Positions 8,731 through 19,095 of a stretch of DNA of 62,583 nt are shown piece after piece. A program made the position numbers and the translations under genes. The notes beneath the pieces were generated by a model that made no database searches, was not told where the DNA came from, and saw only the letters and a program-made list of their open reading frames with translations. Origin of the DNA: Mollicutes bacterium (GTDB lineage: Bacteria > Bacillota_I > Bacilli_A > RF39 > UBA660); NCBI GenBank assembly GCA_012520435.1, contig JAAYOI010000019.1:1-62583 (forward strand). Direction: 5' to 3'. The number at the start of each line of letters is the position of its first letter. Positions within the stretch are counted from its first letter, which is position 1.

Positions 8731-10653
8731 CTATATATCTAGATTTTTAACCTTCAAGGCATTCTCTTCTATAAATTTTCGACGTGGTTCTACCTCTTCA
8801 CCCATTAAAATTTGGAATGTTTCATCTGCTACCATGGCATCTTCTATATTTATTTTAACTAAAGTTCTTGTATCAATATGCATTGTAGTTTCTCTTAATT
8901 CAATTGAATCCATTTCACCTAAACCTTTCATACGAACAATTTCGTATTTCGTATTTTCTGGTAAACTAGCAATATATTCGTTTCTTTCTTTTTCATTTAA
9001 AACATATTTTGTTGTTTTTCCATGTGTTATTTTAAATAATGGTGGTTGAGCAGCATAAATATGTCCTTTTTCAATTAATGGTCTAAAATAGCGATAAAAA
9101 AGAGTTAATAATAAAGTTCTTATATGAGCTCCATCTATATCAGCATCAGTCATTGTTATAATCTTATGGTACCTTAATTTAGAAATATCGAATTCTTCAC
9201 CAATACCAGTACCGATTGCAGTAATTATACTACGAATTTCTTCATTTCCTAAAATTTTATCTAATCTTGCTTTTTCAACATTTAATATTTTTCCTTTTAT
9301 TGGAAGAATTGCTTGTGTTTTAGAATCTCTTCCTTGTTTTGCCGGACCAGCAGCGCTATCACCTTCGACAATAAATATTTCTGATATAGAAGCATCTCTT
9401 GATGAACAATCTGTTAATTTACCCCATTGATTAGTTAATTCCAATGCACCTTTTCTTCTTGTTAATTCTCTAGCTTTTTTAGCTGCAATTCTAGCACGTG
9501 CTGCAGTTAAACATTTATCTATTATTATTCTTGCTTGATTAGGATTTTCTAATAAAAATCTTTCAAATCCTTCACTAAAAATACTATCTGCAATTTTTCT
9601 AACTTCTTGATTTCCTAATTTTGTTTTTGTTTGTCCTTCAAATTGTGGATTAGGATGTTTGCAAGAAATAATCATAGTTAATCCTTCTTTTACGTCATCA
9701 CCTGTTAAAGATTCATCTTTTTCTTTTAAAATATTATTTTTTCTTGCATAATTATTAATAATTCTTGTTAATGCTCTTCTAACACCTTCTTCATGAGTTC
9801 CACCTTCATATGTATTAATATTATTAACAAAAGAATATAACGATGTAGCATAACTTGAATTATATTGAAGTGCAACTTCAAGAAAAATATTATCTTCTTC
9901 TCCTGATATATGTATAATATCTTCATGAATAGGTGTTTTGTTTTTATTTATTAATTTTACATATTCACTAATTCCACCATGATACAGAAACTCTTCTTTT
10001 TTCTTTTCAGCACGATCATCACATAATATGATTCTTAATCCTTTATTTAAAAAAGCTAATTCTCTTATTCTGTTTCGTAGTATTTCATAATCAAAAACAG
10101 TAGTTTCTTCAAATATTTTAGGATCTGGTTTAAAAGTTACCGTTGTTCCTGTTCTATCAAGTGAACACTTATCAATTATTTCTAATTTTTTAACAGGTAG
10201 TCCACCATTTTCAAAACGAATATAATAAACATTACCATTTTGATATATTTTTACTTTTAACCAACTACTTAAAGCATTAACAACGCTAGCTCCAACACCA
10301 TGCAATCCACCTGATACTTTATATCCTCCACCACCAAATTTACCACCAGCATGTAATTTTGTAAAAACTGTTTCAACAGTAGATAATCCTGTTTTTTCAT
10401 TAATTCCGGTTGGAATCCCCCGTCCATCATCTTTAACAGTAATAGAATTATCTGGATTAATAATAACTTCTATGTCATCACAATAACCTGCTAAAGCTTC
10501 ATCAATCGAATTATCAATTATTTCCCAAACTAAATGATGTAATCCTCTACTTCCAGTTGTTCCTATATACATTCCTGGTCTTTTTCGAATAGCTTCTAAT
10601 CCTTCCAAAACTTGAATATCTGAATCATCATAATGTTTAATTTCTTTTTCCAT
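8731..10653 (-). CDS. gyrB: DNA gyrase subunit B
   Basis: 640 aa. GHKL ATPase [16 protein letters not shown], Toprim [19 protein letters not shown]. Confidence 0.97.
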   Translation of the reverse strand: MEKEIKHYDDSDIQVLEGLEAIRKRPGMYIGTTGSRGLHHLVWEIIDNSIDEALAGYCDDIEVIINPDNSITVKDDGRGIPTGINEKTGLSTVETVFTKLHAGGKFGGGGYKVSGGLHGVGASVVNALSSWLKVKIYQNGNVYYIRFENGGLPVKKLEIIDKCSLDRTGTTVTFKPDPKIFEETTVFDYEILRNRIRELAFLNKGLRIILCDDRAEKKKEEFLYHGGISEYVKLINKNKTPIHEDIIHISGEEDNIFLEVALQYNSSYATSLYSFVNNINTYEGGTHEEGVRRALTRIINNYARKNNILKEKDESLTGDDVKEGLTMIISCKHPNPQFEGQTKTKLGNQEVRKIADSIFSEGFERFLLENPNQARIIIDKCLTAARARIAAKKARELTRRKGALELTNQWGKLTDCSSRDASISEIFIVEGDSAAGPAKQGRDSKTQAILPIKGKILNVEKARLDKILGNEEIRSIITAIGTGIGEEFDISKLRYHKIITMTDADIDGAHIRTLLLTLFYRYFRPLIEKGHIYAAQPPLFKITHGKTTKYVLNEKERNEYIASLPENTKYEIVRMKGLGEMDSIELRETTMHIDTRTLVKINIEDAMVADETFQILMGEEVEPRRKFIEENALKVKNLDI

Positions 10654-10655
10654 TT

Positions 10656-11777
10656 TTACACCTCTTTTTTGTACGATATATTACCATCTTCAATTTTTAA
10701 AATTAATGCTTCATTTAAAATTTGTTCATCAATATTTTTTAAATCAGTTGTTGTTATAATTGTTTGTATATTATTATTTATATATTGTAACACTTTATTT
10801 TTCTTTTTATCATCTAATTCACTAAAAACATCATCTAAAAGCAAAATTGGTTCTGTTTTTGTATATTTTTTAAATATTTCTATTTCTGCTAATTTAACAG
10901 TTAAAACAGCTAATCGCTGTTGCCCTTGTGAACCATAAATTTTTAAATTTTGTTCACCTATATAAAATTCAATATCATCGCGATGCGGACCAATTAAAGT
11001 CGCACCTAATTTTATTTCATTTTGTAAAATATCACAATATTTTTTTCTTATTAATTCTATAAAATTAATATTTTTATTTTTATTTTCTATATAAATAGAA
11101 GGTTTATATTTAATAAAAAAATTATCTATGTTGGTTAATTTTTTATAAATATCTGTACAAACTTCATTTAATTCGTTAATAAATTTTTGACGAAAATTAT
11201 ATAATAAATTCGCTTTATCAATCATATAATTAGTTATAATGTTAAAATATGCATCATCAACATATATATTCTTTTTTCTTTTTTTTAAACATTCATTTCT
11301 TATTCTTAACAGATGATTATATTCACTTAAAGTTATAAAATATTTTGAATTTAATTGTGATAATTCTAAATTAACAAACTTTCTTCTAATTAAAGGGGAT
11401 CCTTTAATTAATCCTAAATCTTCAGGATAAAAAATAATAATATTCATTTTAGAAATATAATCACTTATTTTTTTCATTTCTTTATCATCTATTTTTAATT
11501 GTTTATTTTTATTTTCAATAATAATTTCTAATTTTGTATTTATACTATCTATTTCCACTATTCCTTTAATATAAGCTTTCTTTTCACCTTTTTTTATTAA
11601 ATTATTATCAATAAAAGAACGATGTGATTTAGTGATACCTAAAACAAAAATACTTTCAAGTAAATTTGTTTTCCCTTGAGCATTATCTCCATATATAATA
11701 TTTATCTTTGGACTAAAGTTAATTGACACATCTTTATAATTACGAAAATTTTTTATTTTTAATTCTTTTAATATCAT
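10656..11777 (-). CDS. recF: DNA replication and repair protein RecF
   Basis: 373 aa. Walker [14 protein letters not shown], signature GSQGQQR, Walker [13 protein letters not shown]. Confidence 0.95.
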   Translation of the reverse strand: MILKELKIKNFRNYKDVSINFSPKINIIYGDNAQGKTNLLESIFVLGITKSHRSFIDNNLIKKGEKKAYIKGIVEIDSINTKLEIIIENKNKQLKIDDKEMKKISDYISKMNIIIFYPEDLGLIKGSPLIRRKFVNLELSQLNSKYFITLSEYNHLLRIRNECLKKRKKNIYVDDAYFNIITNYMIDKANLLYNFRQKFINELNEVCTDIYKKLTNIDNFFIKYKPSIYIENKNKNINFIELIRKKYCDILQNEIKLGATLIGPHRDDIEFYIGEQNLKIYGSQGQQRLAVLTVKLAEIEIFKKYTKTEPILLLDDVFSELDDKKKNKVLQYINNNIQTIITTTDLKNIDEQILNEALILKIEDGNISYKKEV

Positions 11778-11924
11778 TATTTGTCCTCTTTTCTGTTTTT
11801 TATGCTCTTAATTAAAAAAATATATATATTCATGTACTCCTATACATACATATTAATTATATCATAAAATTGCTTTAAAATAAATAAAATAAGTATTAAA
11901 AATAATAAAATTTAACAAAAAAAT

Positions 11925-11952
11925 AAAAAGGTAAATTTAAATTTACCTTTTA
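11925..11952. terminator. Hairpin terminator after comK (bidirectional palindrome)
   Basis: AAAAGGTAAATTT/AAATTTACCTTTT perfect inverted repeat overlapping the comK stop. Confidence 0.55.
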
Positions 11953-12402
11953 TAATAATTTTCTTTTCCTTAGAATTGATTCTAAACGAGTTGCTCTTAA
12001 AATTTGATTGTCAAGTGAACCATAAGAAATATCTAATTCTAAGGTTTGACCATTTTTAAATATAATAATACTGCAATTCTCTTTTTTTTGGTAAATCTCT
12101 ATGTGATTTAAAGAAATCCAAAAGCAATTATCAAAACGTGGTGAACTTGTAGGAAAAAAGATAATTTCTTTTGTTTCTTCAATAATTATAGGAGATTTGT
12201 AACTTACACCTATAAGGCTTTTTGTTCCTTCAAATCTTCCTACATAAGAACTACCAAAAAATTTGCAACTATCATCGATAACCTCAGTAGTAGATTTATT
12301 AATGATATAATCGTTTTCTTCTTCAATAATTCTAGATACTTTAGGTTCTATCGGGATAATTGCTAATGTAGAACTATTAATTTCATATTTCTCAATTTGC
12401 AT
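11950..12402 (-). CDS. comK: ComK-family competence transcription factor (short form, 150 aa)
   Basis: Aligns block by block with recalled B. subtilis ComK: YEINSSTLAIIP, IDDSCKFFGSSYVGRFEGT, YKSPIIIE..IIFFPTSSPRFDNCFWIS, FKNGQTLELDISYGSLDNQILRATRL. GGAGG SD upstream. Confidence 0.85.
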   Translation of the reverse strand: MQIEKYEINSSTLAIIPIEPKVSRIIEEENDYIINKSTTEVIDDSCKFFGSSYVGRFEGTKSLIGVSYKSPIIIEETKEIIFFPTSSPRFDNCFWISLNHIEIYQKKENCSIIIFKNGQTLELDISYGSLDNQILRATRLESILRKRKLL

Positions 12403-12559
12403 ATTAACACCTCCTTATAGTTATTTTTTTAGAAAAATATGAAATTTCCTTCTTTTATACCATATTTTTTTGTCAAAAAATATCAAAAAATGTCGAATAA
12501 TGATAAAATGTGTAAAAAAAAATAATTTAGTGTTTTTTAGACACATAAATTATTTTTGA

Positions 12560-13681
12560 TTAATATGTTCTTATAGGTAATATTAATTGAATAACACTAT
12601 CATCATTTAAATTTTTTATAATAATTGGATTAATTTCGCCATTAAGTAATATTTCAATAGTTTCACATTCTAATGATCTTAATGCCTCAATCATATATTT
12701 AGATGAAAAAGCAATTTTAATATCTTCAGCTACATCTTTTTCAATAGATAAGGTTTCTTCAACTTTTCCTATTTCTGGTATATTTGAAAATATTGTTATT
12801 TTATTCTTATTACTTTCTAATTTTATAGTATTTTTTTCAGATTCATTAGTTAAAAGAGAAGCACGATCGATTGAATTATAAAATTCTTCTAAATTAACAC
12901 ACATTCTTATTTTAAATTCAGTTGGAATTAATTTTGATGTATCTGGATACGTTCCATTTATTAATCTAGATAAAACAATGATATTATCAAATTTAAATAT
13001 TACTTTATTATTAAAAATATGTATTTCAATATCATTTTCATCAGCAAACAACATTTTATTTATTTCATTTATATTCTTTGAAGGTATTATTATATTTATT
13101 TGTTCTTTTACTGGTGTATTAATTTTAATTATCTTTTTAGCTAAACGGTATGAATCAGTAGCTGTACATTCAAAAATATCATCACTTATTTTTATATTTA
13201 TTCCAGTTAAAACAGGTCTTGATTCTTGATTTGAAGTAGCAAAAATTGTTTGATTAATAATATTTTTAAATATTGTTTTATTTAAAATAATAGGATTTTT
13301 ACTTTCTTTTAAGTCTAAATTTGGAAATTCTTCTATTTTATTAAAATTTAAATGAAAAGAAGAATTTTCAGTATAAATATATAATTTTGAATCTACTACC
13401 TCTTCGATATTAATTAACTCATTTGGTAATTTTCTTATTATTTCATAAATATATTTACCTGAAACAACAACACTACCTAATTTTTCGATTTTTTCAATTT
13501 TATTATTTGAAATAAAAGTTTTGATAGCTATATCATTGTCTGTACTCATTAATGATAAACCTTCATTCGTTAACTCAAATTTTATACAATTTAATATAGG
13601 AATTAAATTTTTACTAGATACTCCTTTTATTACATAATTTAAATTTTCTAATAAAATATCTTGTTTAATTAAAAATTTCAT
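12560..13681 (-). CDS. dnaN: DNA polymerase III subunit beta (sliding clamp)
   Basis: 373 aa from ATG 13681 (MKFLIKQDILLENL..., AAGGAGGA SD). The ORF-track start at 13762 was rejected. dnaA-dnaN synteny and clamp length. Confidence 0.93.
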   Translation of the reverse strand: MKFLIKQDILLENLNYVIKGVSSKNLIPILNCIKFELTNEGLSLMSTDNDIAIKTFISNNKIEKIEKLGSVVVSGKYIYEIIRKLPNELINIEEVVDSKLYIYTENSSFHLNFNKIEEFPNLDLKESKNPIILNKTIFKNIINQTIFATSNQESRPVLTGINIKISDDIFECTATDSYRLAKKIIKINTPVKEQINIIIPSKNINEINKMLFADENDIEIHIFNNKVIFKFDNIIVLSRLINGTYPDTSKLIPTEFKIRMCVNLEEFYNSIDRASLLTNESEKNTIKLESNKNKITIFSNIPEIGKVEETLSIEKDVAEDIKIAFSSKYMIEALRSLECETIEILLNGEINPIIIKNLNDDSVIQLILPIRTY

Positions 13682-13833
13682 AAAATCCTCCTTTTTTATA
13701 TTTTTATCTTTATATATTTTTATTAATATAATTGTGATATTTGTTGAAAACTTTACAACCAATTATTTTACTTATATTTTTTCGTTTTATTAATGTTAAA
13801 TTTATGTAGAAAACTTTTATTTTTTCCACAATA
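13682..13833. promoter_or_regulatory. oriC: oriC, dnaA-dnaN part: DnaA box plus AT-rich unwinding-element candidate
   Basis: TTTTCCACA at 13822-13830. Extremely AT-rich run at about 13697-13735. Organisation analogous to B. subtilis incC. Confidence 0.6.
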
Positions 13834-15186
13834 TTACTTTATTTGATTTATTATTTTTTGTATTTCTTGTTCTAAATCTTTATTTTTTGAAATTTCTTTT
13901 TTTATCTTTTCTATTGAATGAATTACTGTTGTATGATCTTTTCCACCAAATTCCATACCTATTTTAGCAAGTGATTCTTCTAAAAAAGTTCGACAAATAT
14001 ACATAGCAATTTGTCTTGGAACAGCAATTTTTACAACTCTTTTTTTGCTTTTCATATCATCTACTGTTATATTGTAATGATTAGCTACAATTTGTTGAAT
14101 TTGATCTATTTTATTTTTTGAAATAATACTTTTTACAAAGTAATCTTTTAATGCTTCAATAGCTAGATCAAGTGTTATATCAGAACCACCCATCATTGTT
14201 GCATAAGCAAAAATTCTTGTGATTGCCCCTTCTAATTTTCTAATATCATTAGTACAGTTACTAGCAATATATTCTTTTACTTCTTTTGGAAATGTATTTG
14301 ATAAAATATGTCCTTCAATTTTTTTATCAATAATATCCATTCTTAATTTGAAATCTGGAGGTAAAATATTAACTGTAAGCCCCCAATTAAACCTCGTTCT
14401 TAAACGATCTTCTAAATGTTTTAAATCATCAGGCGAACGATCTGAAGAAATAATAATTTGTTTATTTTTAGTATGTAAATCATTAAATGTGTTAAAAAAT
14501 TCTTGTTGGGTTTTTGAAGCTATTTCTAAATATTGGATATCATCTATCATTAGGACATCAATTTCACGATATTTATTTTTAAAGTTTTTAACGCTTTCAA
14601 AATTATTTCCTTCTCTATTTTTTCTATATAAATCAATAAAATCATTAACAAATTGCTCACTGGTAACATATAAAACTTTTTTATTACTATTTTTTAATAT
14701 ATAGTTACCAATTGCGTGCATCAAATGTGTTTTTCCTAATCCGCTGTTTCCGTATATAAATAAAGGATTATACATATAACCAGGCTTTTCAGCAACTGCT
14801 AAAGCAGCTGTTTTAGCAAATTTATTACTTTCTCCAACAATAAAGTTTTCAAAGGTGTATTTTGGATTTAAATTTGATTCAAAGTTAAATAAATTTGGAA
14901 CACCATCTTCTGTTTTTTCAATTTTTACGTTTTCTTTTAATTCTTCTTCAGTAACATATTCAAATTTAAAATTAGAACCAGTAATTTCCGTAAAATTTTC
15001 TTCAATAAAATCATTATAATTTTCTTTTAAATGTTTTTTATGAACATGCATTGGAACTAAAACAGTAGCTTTATTATTTTCTAAAGAAATTAATTTGGTT
15101 TCCATGAACCAAATTTCATATAACATTGGCGATAAATTTTCTTTTACTTTATTTAAAAATAAATTCCAAATGTTATTAATATCCAT
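13834..15186 (-). CDS. dnaA: Chromosomal replication initiator DnaA
   Basis: 450 aa. Walker A GNSGLGKTHLMHA and a C-terminal DNA-binding helix ...GGKDHTTVIHSIEKI. Confidence 0.97.
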   Translation of the reverse strand: MDINNIWNLFLNKVKENLSPMLYEIWFMETKLISLENNKATVLVPMHVHKKHLKENYNDFIEENFTEITGSNFKFEYVTEEELKENVKIEKTEDGVPNLFNFESNLNPKYTFENFIVGESNKFAKTAALAVAEKPGYMYNPLFIYGNSGLGKTHLMHAIGNYILKNSNKKVLYVTSEQFVNDFIDLYRKNREGNNFESVKNFKNKYREIDVLMIDDIQYLEIASKTQQEFFNTFNDLHTKNKQIIISSDRSPDDLKHLEDRLRTRFNWGLTVNILPPDFKLRMDIIDKKIEGHILSNTFPKEVKEYIASNCTNDIRKLEGAITRIFAYATMMGGSDITLDLAIEALKDYFVKSIISKNKIDQIQQIVANHYNITVDDMKSKKRVVKIAVPRQIAMYICRTFLEESLAKIGMEFGGKDHTTVIHSIEKIKKEISKNKDLEQEIQKIINQIK

Positions 15187-15478
15187 AAAAACACCCCATT
15201 TATTTCATCACTATTAATATTCTACAATATTTTTATATAAAAGCCAATATAAATAAATAAAAATTAAAATTTTCCACAATAAAACAAAGATAAAAATAAT
15301 GAAAATTATACTTTTCCACAAAAATTTTAAAAAATTATACAGTGTTATTAACATTGTTAATTAATTTATCCACAAAAATGTGGATAAGTAGATTAATAAC
15401 AGTAAATATTTGATTTTAAATATAAAAATATTGTGGAAAATTTTGTTGAAATATGATTTATTTGTAATTTTTAAAATG
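15187..15478. promoter_or_regulatory. oriC: oriC, dnaA-upstream part: DnaA-box cluster
   Basis: TTTTCCACA at 15270 and 15312. Perfect TTATCCACA at 15366-15374 faces perfect TGTGGATAA at 15379-15387. TGTGGAAAA at 15432-15440. Confidence 0.8.
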
Positions 15479-15507
15479 TTTGACAAAAAGAAATTTTACA
15501 TATATAA
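15479..15507 (+). promoter_or_regulatory. Consensus sigma-A promoter of rpmH
   Basis: TTGACA, 17-nt spacer, TATAAT. Confidence 0.7.
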
Positions 15508-15543
15508 TTAGAAAGGCAATGCGTATTTTCAGGAGGTGTAAAA

Positions 15544-15666
15544 ATGAAAAGAACATTTCAACCCAACAATCGAAAAAGAAGTAGAAAAATGGGATTTTTA
15601 GCAAGAATAAAAACAAAAGTAATAGCAAACAGACGCCGTAAAGGTCGAAAAAGATTAGCGTGCTAA
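15544..15666 (+). CDS. rpmH: 50S ribosomal protein L34 (not in the ORF track)
   Basis: [40 protein letters not shown], 40 aa. AGGAGG SD 7 nt upstream. Confidence 0.93.
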   Translation: MKRTFQPNNRKRSRKMGFLARIKTKVIANRRRKGRKRLAC

Positions 15667-15670
15667 CAAC

Positions 15671-15694
15671 ACCACTGAAAAACAGTGGTTTTTT
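15671..15694 (+). terminator. Intrinsic terminator/attenuator after rpmH
   Basis: ACCACTG-AAAAA-CAGTGGT followed by TTTTT. Confidence 0.6.
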
Positions 15695-15716
15695 ATTCAA
15701 TATAAAGGGGTGAAAA

Positions 15717-16058
15717 ATGAAAAAAATTAATATTATTAAAAGTAACAGAGATTTTGAAAGAATAATAAATAACCAAAAACCTTATATATACAAAGATTTT
15801 ATAGTATATGTTGAAAGAACAACAGAAAATATATATCGTTTTGGTATTTCTATTGGAAAAAAAGTAGGAAAAGCTGTTGTAAGAAATCGTTTAAAAAGGC
15901 AATTGAAAAATATAATTGATAAAAAAATCTACCAAAAAGGATTTAATTGTATTATAATGATAAAGAAAGATATTTTAAACAAAAATTTTCATGAAATGGA
16001 GAAAGATTTAAATCACATCTTTGAAAAAATAGGTATTATAGAAGGAGAAAACAAATGA
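15717..16058 (+). CDS. rnpA: Ribonuclease P protein component
   Basis: 113 aa, basic, with the RNR-type motif AVVRNRLKRQLK. rpmH-rnpA synteny. Confidence 0.9.
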   Translation: MKKINIIKSNRDFERIINNQKPYIYKDFIVYVERTTENIYRFGISIGKKVGKAVVRNRLKRQLKNIIDKKIYQKGFNCIIMIKKDILNKNFHEMEKDLNHIFEKIGIIEGENK

Positions 16059-17002
16059 AAAAGAAAACATCAAAAATTTTAAAAATATTATTAATTTTTT
16101 TTATGTTATTTGTTTTAACAGGATGTACTAAAATATTGAAAAATGAAGAAGGAAAAGCTGTTCAAAATTCTAAAACAGGACAAAATTTAACAGAAAATAT
16201 ATTATGTCAACCAGAATCTGAAGAAACTATAAAAATATATGAAGAAAACAAGGTAGATTTATCTAAATTACCAAAATGTAATGATTTTAAAATAAGTGAT
16301 GGTGGTTATGAAGGAATATGGACAACAATTTTTGTAAAACCATTAGCATGGTTACTTTTAAAAATAGGATCACTTATTAATAGTTATGGGTTAGCCATTA
16401 TTATAACTACCTTACTTTTAAGAACAATAGCTGTTCCTATTACTAAAAAAACAACTATACAATCTGAAAATCTTAGAATAGCACGTCCTGAAATTGACAA
16501 AATTGAAAAAAAATATCGTGGACGTAATGATCAAGAAAGTATGATGCAAAAAAGTCAAGAATTATTATTAGTTTATAAAAAATATAATATTAATCCAATG
16601 TCAGGCTGTTTATTTTCATTTATTCAAATACCTCTCTTTTTTGCTTTCTACGAAGCAATTAATAGATTACCAGTTCTTTTTGAAAGAAATTTTTTAGGTT
16701 TATTTCAATTAGGAACCAATCCTTCAACGGCAATTTTTCAAGGAAAATATTATTATATTGTATTTATAATTTTAGTAATTCTTGGAACATATTATTCATT
16801 TAAACTTAATAGTGCTGCTTCAATGAATGTTGAACAAGAAAAACAAATGAAAATGATGAGTAATGTTATGATAGTAATTATTTCACTTGCATCATTTAGT
16901 TTACCAACAGCTATTGGTTTATATTGGATTTTCAATAGTGGATTCACAATCTGCCAAAATATTATAATAAAAAGGAGGAAAAAACATGCTAGAAGTGTAT
17001 AA
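16055..17002 (+). CDS. yidC: Membrane protein insertase YidC (lipoprotein form)
   Basis: 315 aa. Lipobox LTGC, multi-TM Oxa1 core, basic C-terminus. ATGA overlap with rnpA. Confidence 0.9.
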   Translation: MKKKTSKILKILLIFFMLFVLTGCTKILKNEEGKAVQNSKTGQNLTENILCQPESEETIKIYEENKVDLSKLPKCNDFKISDGGYEGIWTTIFVKPLAWLLLKIGSLINSYGLAIIITTLLLRTIAVPITKKTTIQSENLRIARPEIDKIEKKYRGRNDQESMMQKSQELLLVYKKYNINPMSGCLFSFIQIPLFFAFYEAINRLPVLFERNFLGLFQLGTNPSTAIFQGKYYYIVFIILVILGTYYSFKLNSAASMNVEQEKQMKMMSNVMIVIISLASFSLPTAIGLYWIFNSGFTICQNIIIKRRKKHARSV

Positions 17003-17600
17003 ATTTGAAGATAAAAATAAAGATGAGGCTTTAAAAAAAGGATTAGAGGAAATATCAAAAAAAGAAAACGAGATTTTTTATACGATTAATGAGAGAGAAG
17101 GAAATTTGTTTAAGAGTAAGAAATATGAAGTGGTAATTGTTAAAAAAGAAGATGTTATAAAATTTATAAAGGAATATATTAAAAAATTTTCTAGTTTATT
17201 AAACGTTGATATAAAAAGCGAAATAAAAGAAAAAGATGATATTATAAATGTTGTTTTAGTTACTTCTAATAATGCTATTGTTATAGGTAAAGAAGGAAAA
17301 AATATTAATTCTTTACAAATTATTTTAAGACAAACAGTAAAAGTGCAAACAGGATTTAATGTAAAAATAAACATAGATGTTGGTAATTATAAAATAAAAA
17401 AGATGCAAAAGATAGAAAAAGAAGTAAGAAAAATAGCAAAAGAAGTGTTAAATACAAAAATTGATGCAAAATTAGATCCGATGAATTCTTATGAAAGACG
17501 TTTAGTTCATACTATTATTAGTGAGTATGAAGGACTTTATACTGAAAGTGAAGGAGAACCACCAAATCGTTATGTAGTAATTAAGTACAAAGCAAGTTAA
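16986..17600 (+). CDS. jag: Jag/KhpB RNA-binding protein (KH + R3H)
   Basis: 204 aa. R3H motif SYERRLVHTIISEY. yidC-jag synteny. Confidence 0.85.
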   Translation: MLEVYKFEDKNKDEALKKGLEEISKKENEIFYTINEREGNLFKSKKYEVVIVKKEDVIKFIKEYIKKFSSLLNVDIKSEIKEKDDIINVVLVTSNNAIVIGKEGKNINSLQIILRQTVKVQTGFNVKINIDVGNYKIKKMQKIEKEVRKIAKEVLNTKIDAKLDPMNSYERRLVHTIISEYEGLYTESEGEPPNRYVVIKYKAS

Positions 17601-17667
17601 AAACTTGCTTTTAGACTATATAATATGTGAAAATGATACCAAAATATTAATAAAGGAGAGATTATGT

Positions 17668-19023
17668 ATGGAAGACACAATTGCAGCTATTTCTACAGCT
17701 TTAGGCGTTGGAGCAATTTCAATTATAAGAGTAAGTGGAAATGAAGCAATTCCTATTGTAAATAAAATTTTTAAAGGAAAAAATCTTGAAAAAGTGCCAT
17801 CACATACTATTAATTATGGGCATATTGTTAATGGAGAAAAAGTTATTGATGAAGTTTTGGTATCAGTTATGCGAGCTCCTAAAACATTTACTAGTGAAGA
17901 TACAGTTGAAATAAATTGTCATGGAGGTATCGCACCAACAAACAAAATATTAGAATTATTATTAAGTAATGGTTGTCGTTTAGCTGACCCTGGAGAATTT
18001 ACCAAAAGAGCTTTTTTAAATGGTAGAATTGATTTAATTGAGGCTGAAGGAGTAATGGATTTAATTAATTCTAAAACAGAACAGGCAAGAAACCTAGCTA
18101 TTAATCAATTAAGCGGAAAAGTTTCATCATTAATTAGAAATTTAAGACAAGAAATAATTGAGATACTTGCAAATATAGAGGTAAATATTGATTATCCAGA
18201 ATATGAAGATATTGAAGAATTAACTAATCAAAAATTAGTACCAAAAATAGAAAAAGTAAAAGAAGAAATAAAGAAAATAATAAAAGAAAGTGAAAACGGA
18301 AAAATTATAAAGGAAGGTATAAAAACAGTAATTGTTGGTCGTCCAAATGTTGGGAAAAGTAGTATTTTAAACAAATTAATTAATGAAGAAAAAGCTATTG
18401 TAACCGAAATTGAAGGAACAACTAGAGATATTGTGGAAGGTAGTGTAAATATTAATGGAATAATATTAAATATAATTGATACGGCAGGTATAAGAAAAAC
18501 TGAAGATATTGTAGAAAAAATAGGTGTAAGTAAAAGTTTAGAATTAATTGATAAAGCTGATTTAATTTTATATGTTTTAAATAATAATCAAAAACTAACA
18601 GATGATGATCGAGTAATTTTAGAAAAAATAAAAAATAAAAATCATATTATTATTATTAATAAAATTGATTTGGAAAACAAATTAGATATTAAAGAATTAG
18701 AAAATAGACAAATTGTTTATATGAGTGCAATTAATAATGAAGGAATAGATGATTTAAAACAAAAAATAAAAGAAATCTTTAATTTAGAAAAAATTATGAC
18801 ATCAGATTTTACTTATTTAACAAACGCAAGAAGTATTTCATTATTAAAACAATGTTTAAAAGTAATAAAAGAAATAGAAGATGGAATTAATCAAAACAAT
18901 TCTATTGATATGATTGAAATTGATATTAAAAGAGTTTGGTCATTATTAGGTGAAATTATTGGTGAAACATATGATGAAGAATTAATAGATCAAATTTTCA
19001 AACAATTTTGCTTAGGAAAATAA
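17668..19023 (+). CDS. mnmE: tRNA modification GTPase MnmE
   Basis: Start at ATG 17668 (MEDTIAAIST..., AAGGAGAG SD). G1 GRPNVGKSS, DTAGIR, C-terminal FCLGK. Confidence 0.95.
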   Translation: MEDTIAAISTALGVGAISIIRVSGNEAIPIVNKIFKGKNLEKVPSHTINYGHIVNGEKVIDEVLVSVMRAPKTFTSEDTVEINCHGGIAPTNKILELLLSNGCRLADPGEFTKRAFLNGRIDLIEAEGVMDLINSKTEQARNLAINQLSGKVSSLIRNLRQEIIEILANIEVNIDYPEYEDIEELTNQKLVPKIEKVKEEIKKIIKESENGKIIKEGIKTVIVGRPNVGKSSILNKLINEEKAIVTEIEGTTRDIVEGSVNINGIILNIIDTAGIRKTEDIVEKIGVSKSLELIDKADLILYVLNNNQKLTDDDRVILEKIKNKNHIIIINKIDLENKLDIKELENRQIVYMSAINNEGIDDLKQKIKEIFNLEKIMTSDFTYLTNARSISLLKQCLKVIKEIEDGINQNNSIDMIEIDIKRVWSLLGEIIGETYDEELIDQIFKQFCLGK

Positions 19024-19057
19024 AATACTAAAAGCAAAAATTTTAGTATTTTATTTT
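19022..19057 (+). terminator. Intrinsic terminator after mnmE
   Basis: AAAATACTAAAA / TTTTAGTATTTT 12-bp stem, 7-nt loop, T-rich tail. Confidence 0.65.
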
Positions 19058-19095
19058 GTGTATAATGTAGTATAATTAAGCTAGGAGGAAAATAA

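Noticed and set aside
13682-13762. Long N-terminal extensions suggested by the ORF track: dnaN 13762, tadA 5919, mnmE 17605, mnmG 20166, trxB 27799, rpsF 30768, rplP 36391, rpmC 36866, rpoA 44943, SDR 46333, ecfA1 47198, groES 58484
   Set aside because: In each case an internal ATG is preceded by a good SD and gives the canonical family N-terminus. The extension would overlap an upstream gene, RNA or promoter.
15458-15700. 80-aa minus-strand ORF in the dnaA-rnpA spacer
   Set aside because: It overlaps the clearly recognisable rpmH gene and its consensus promoter on the + strand. The translation is F/L-rich noise.
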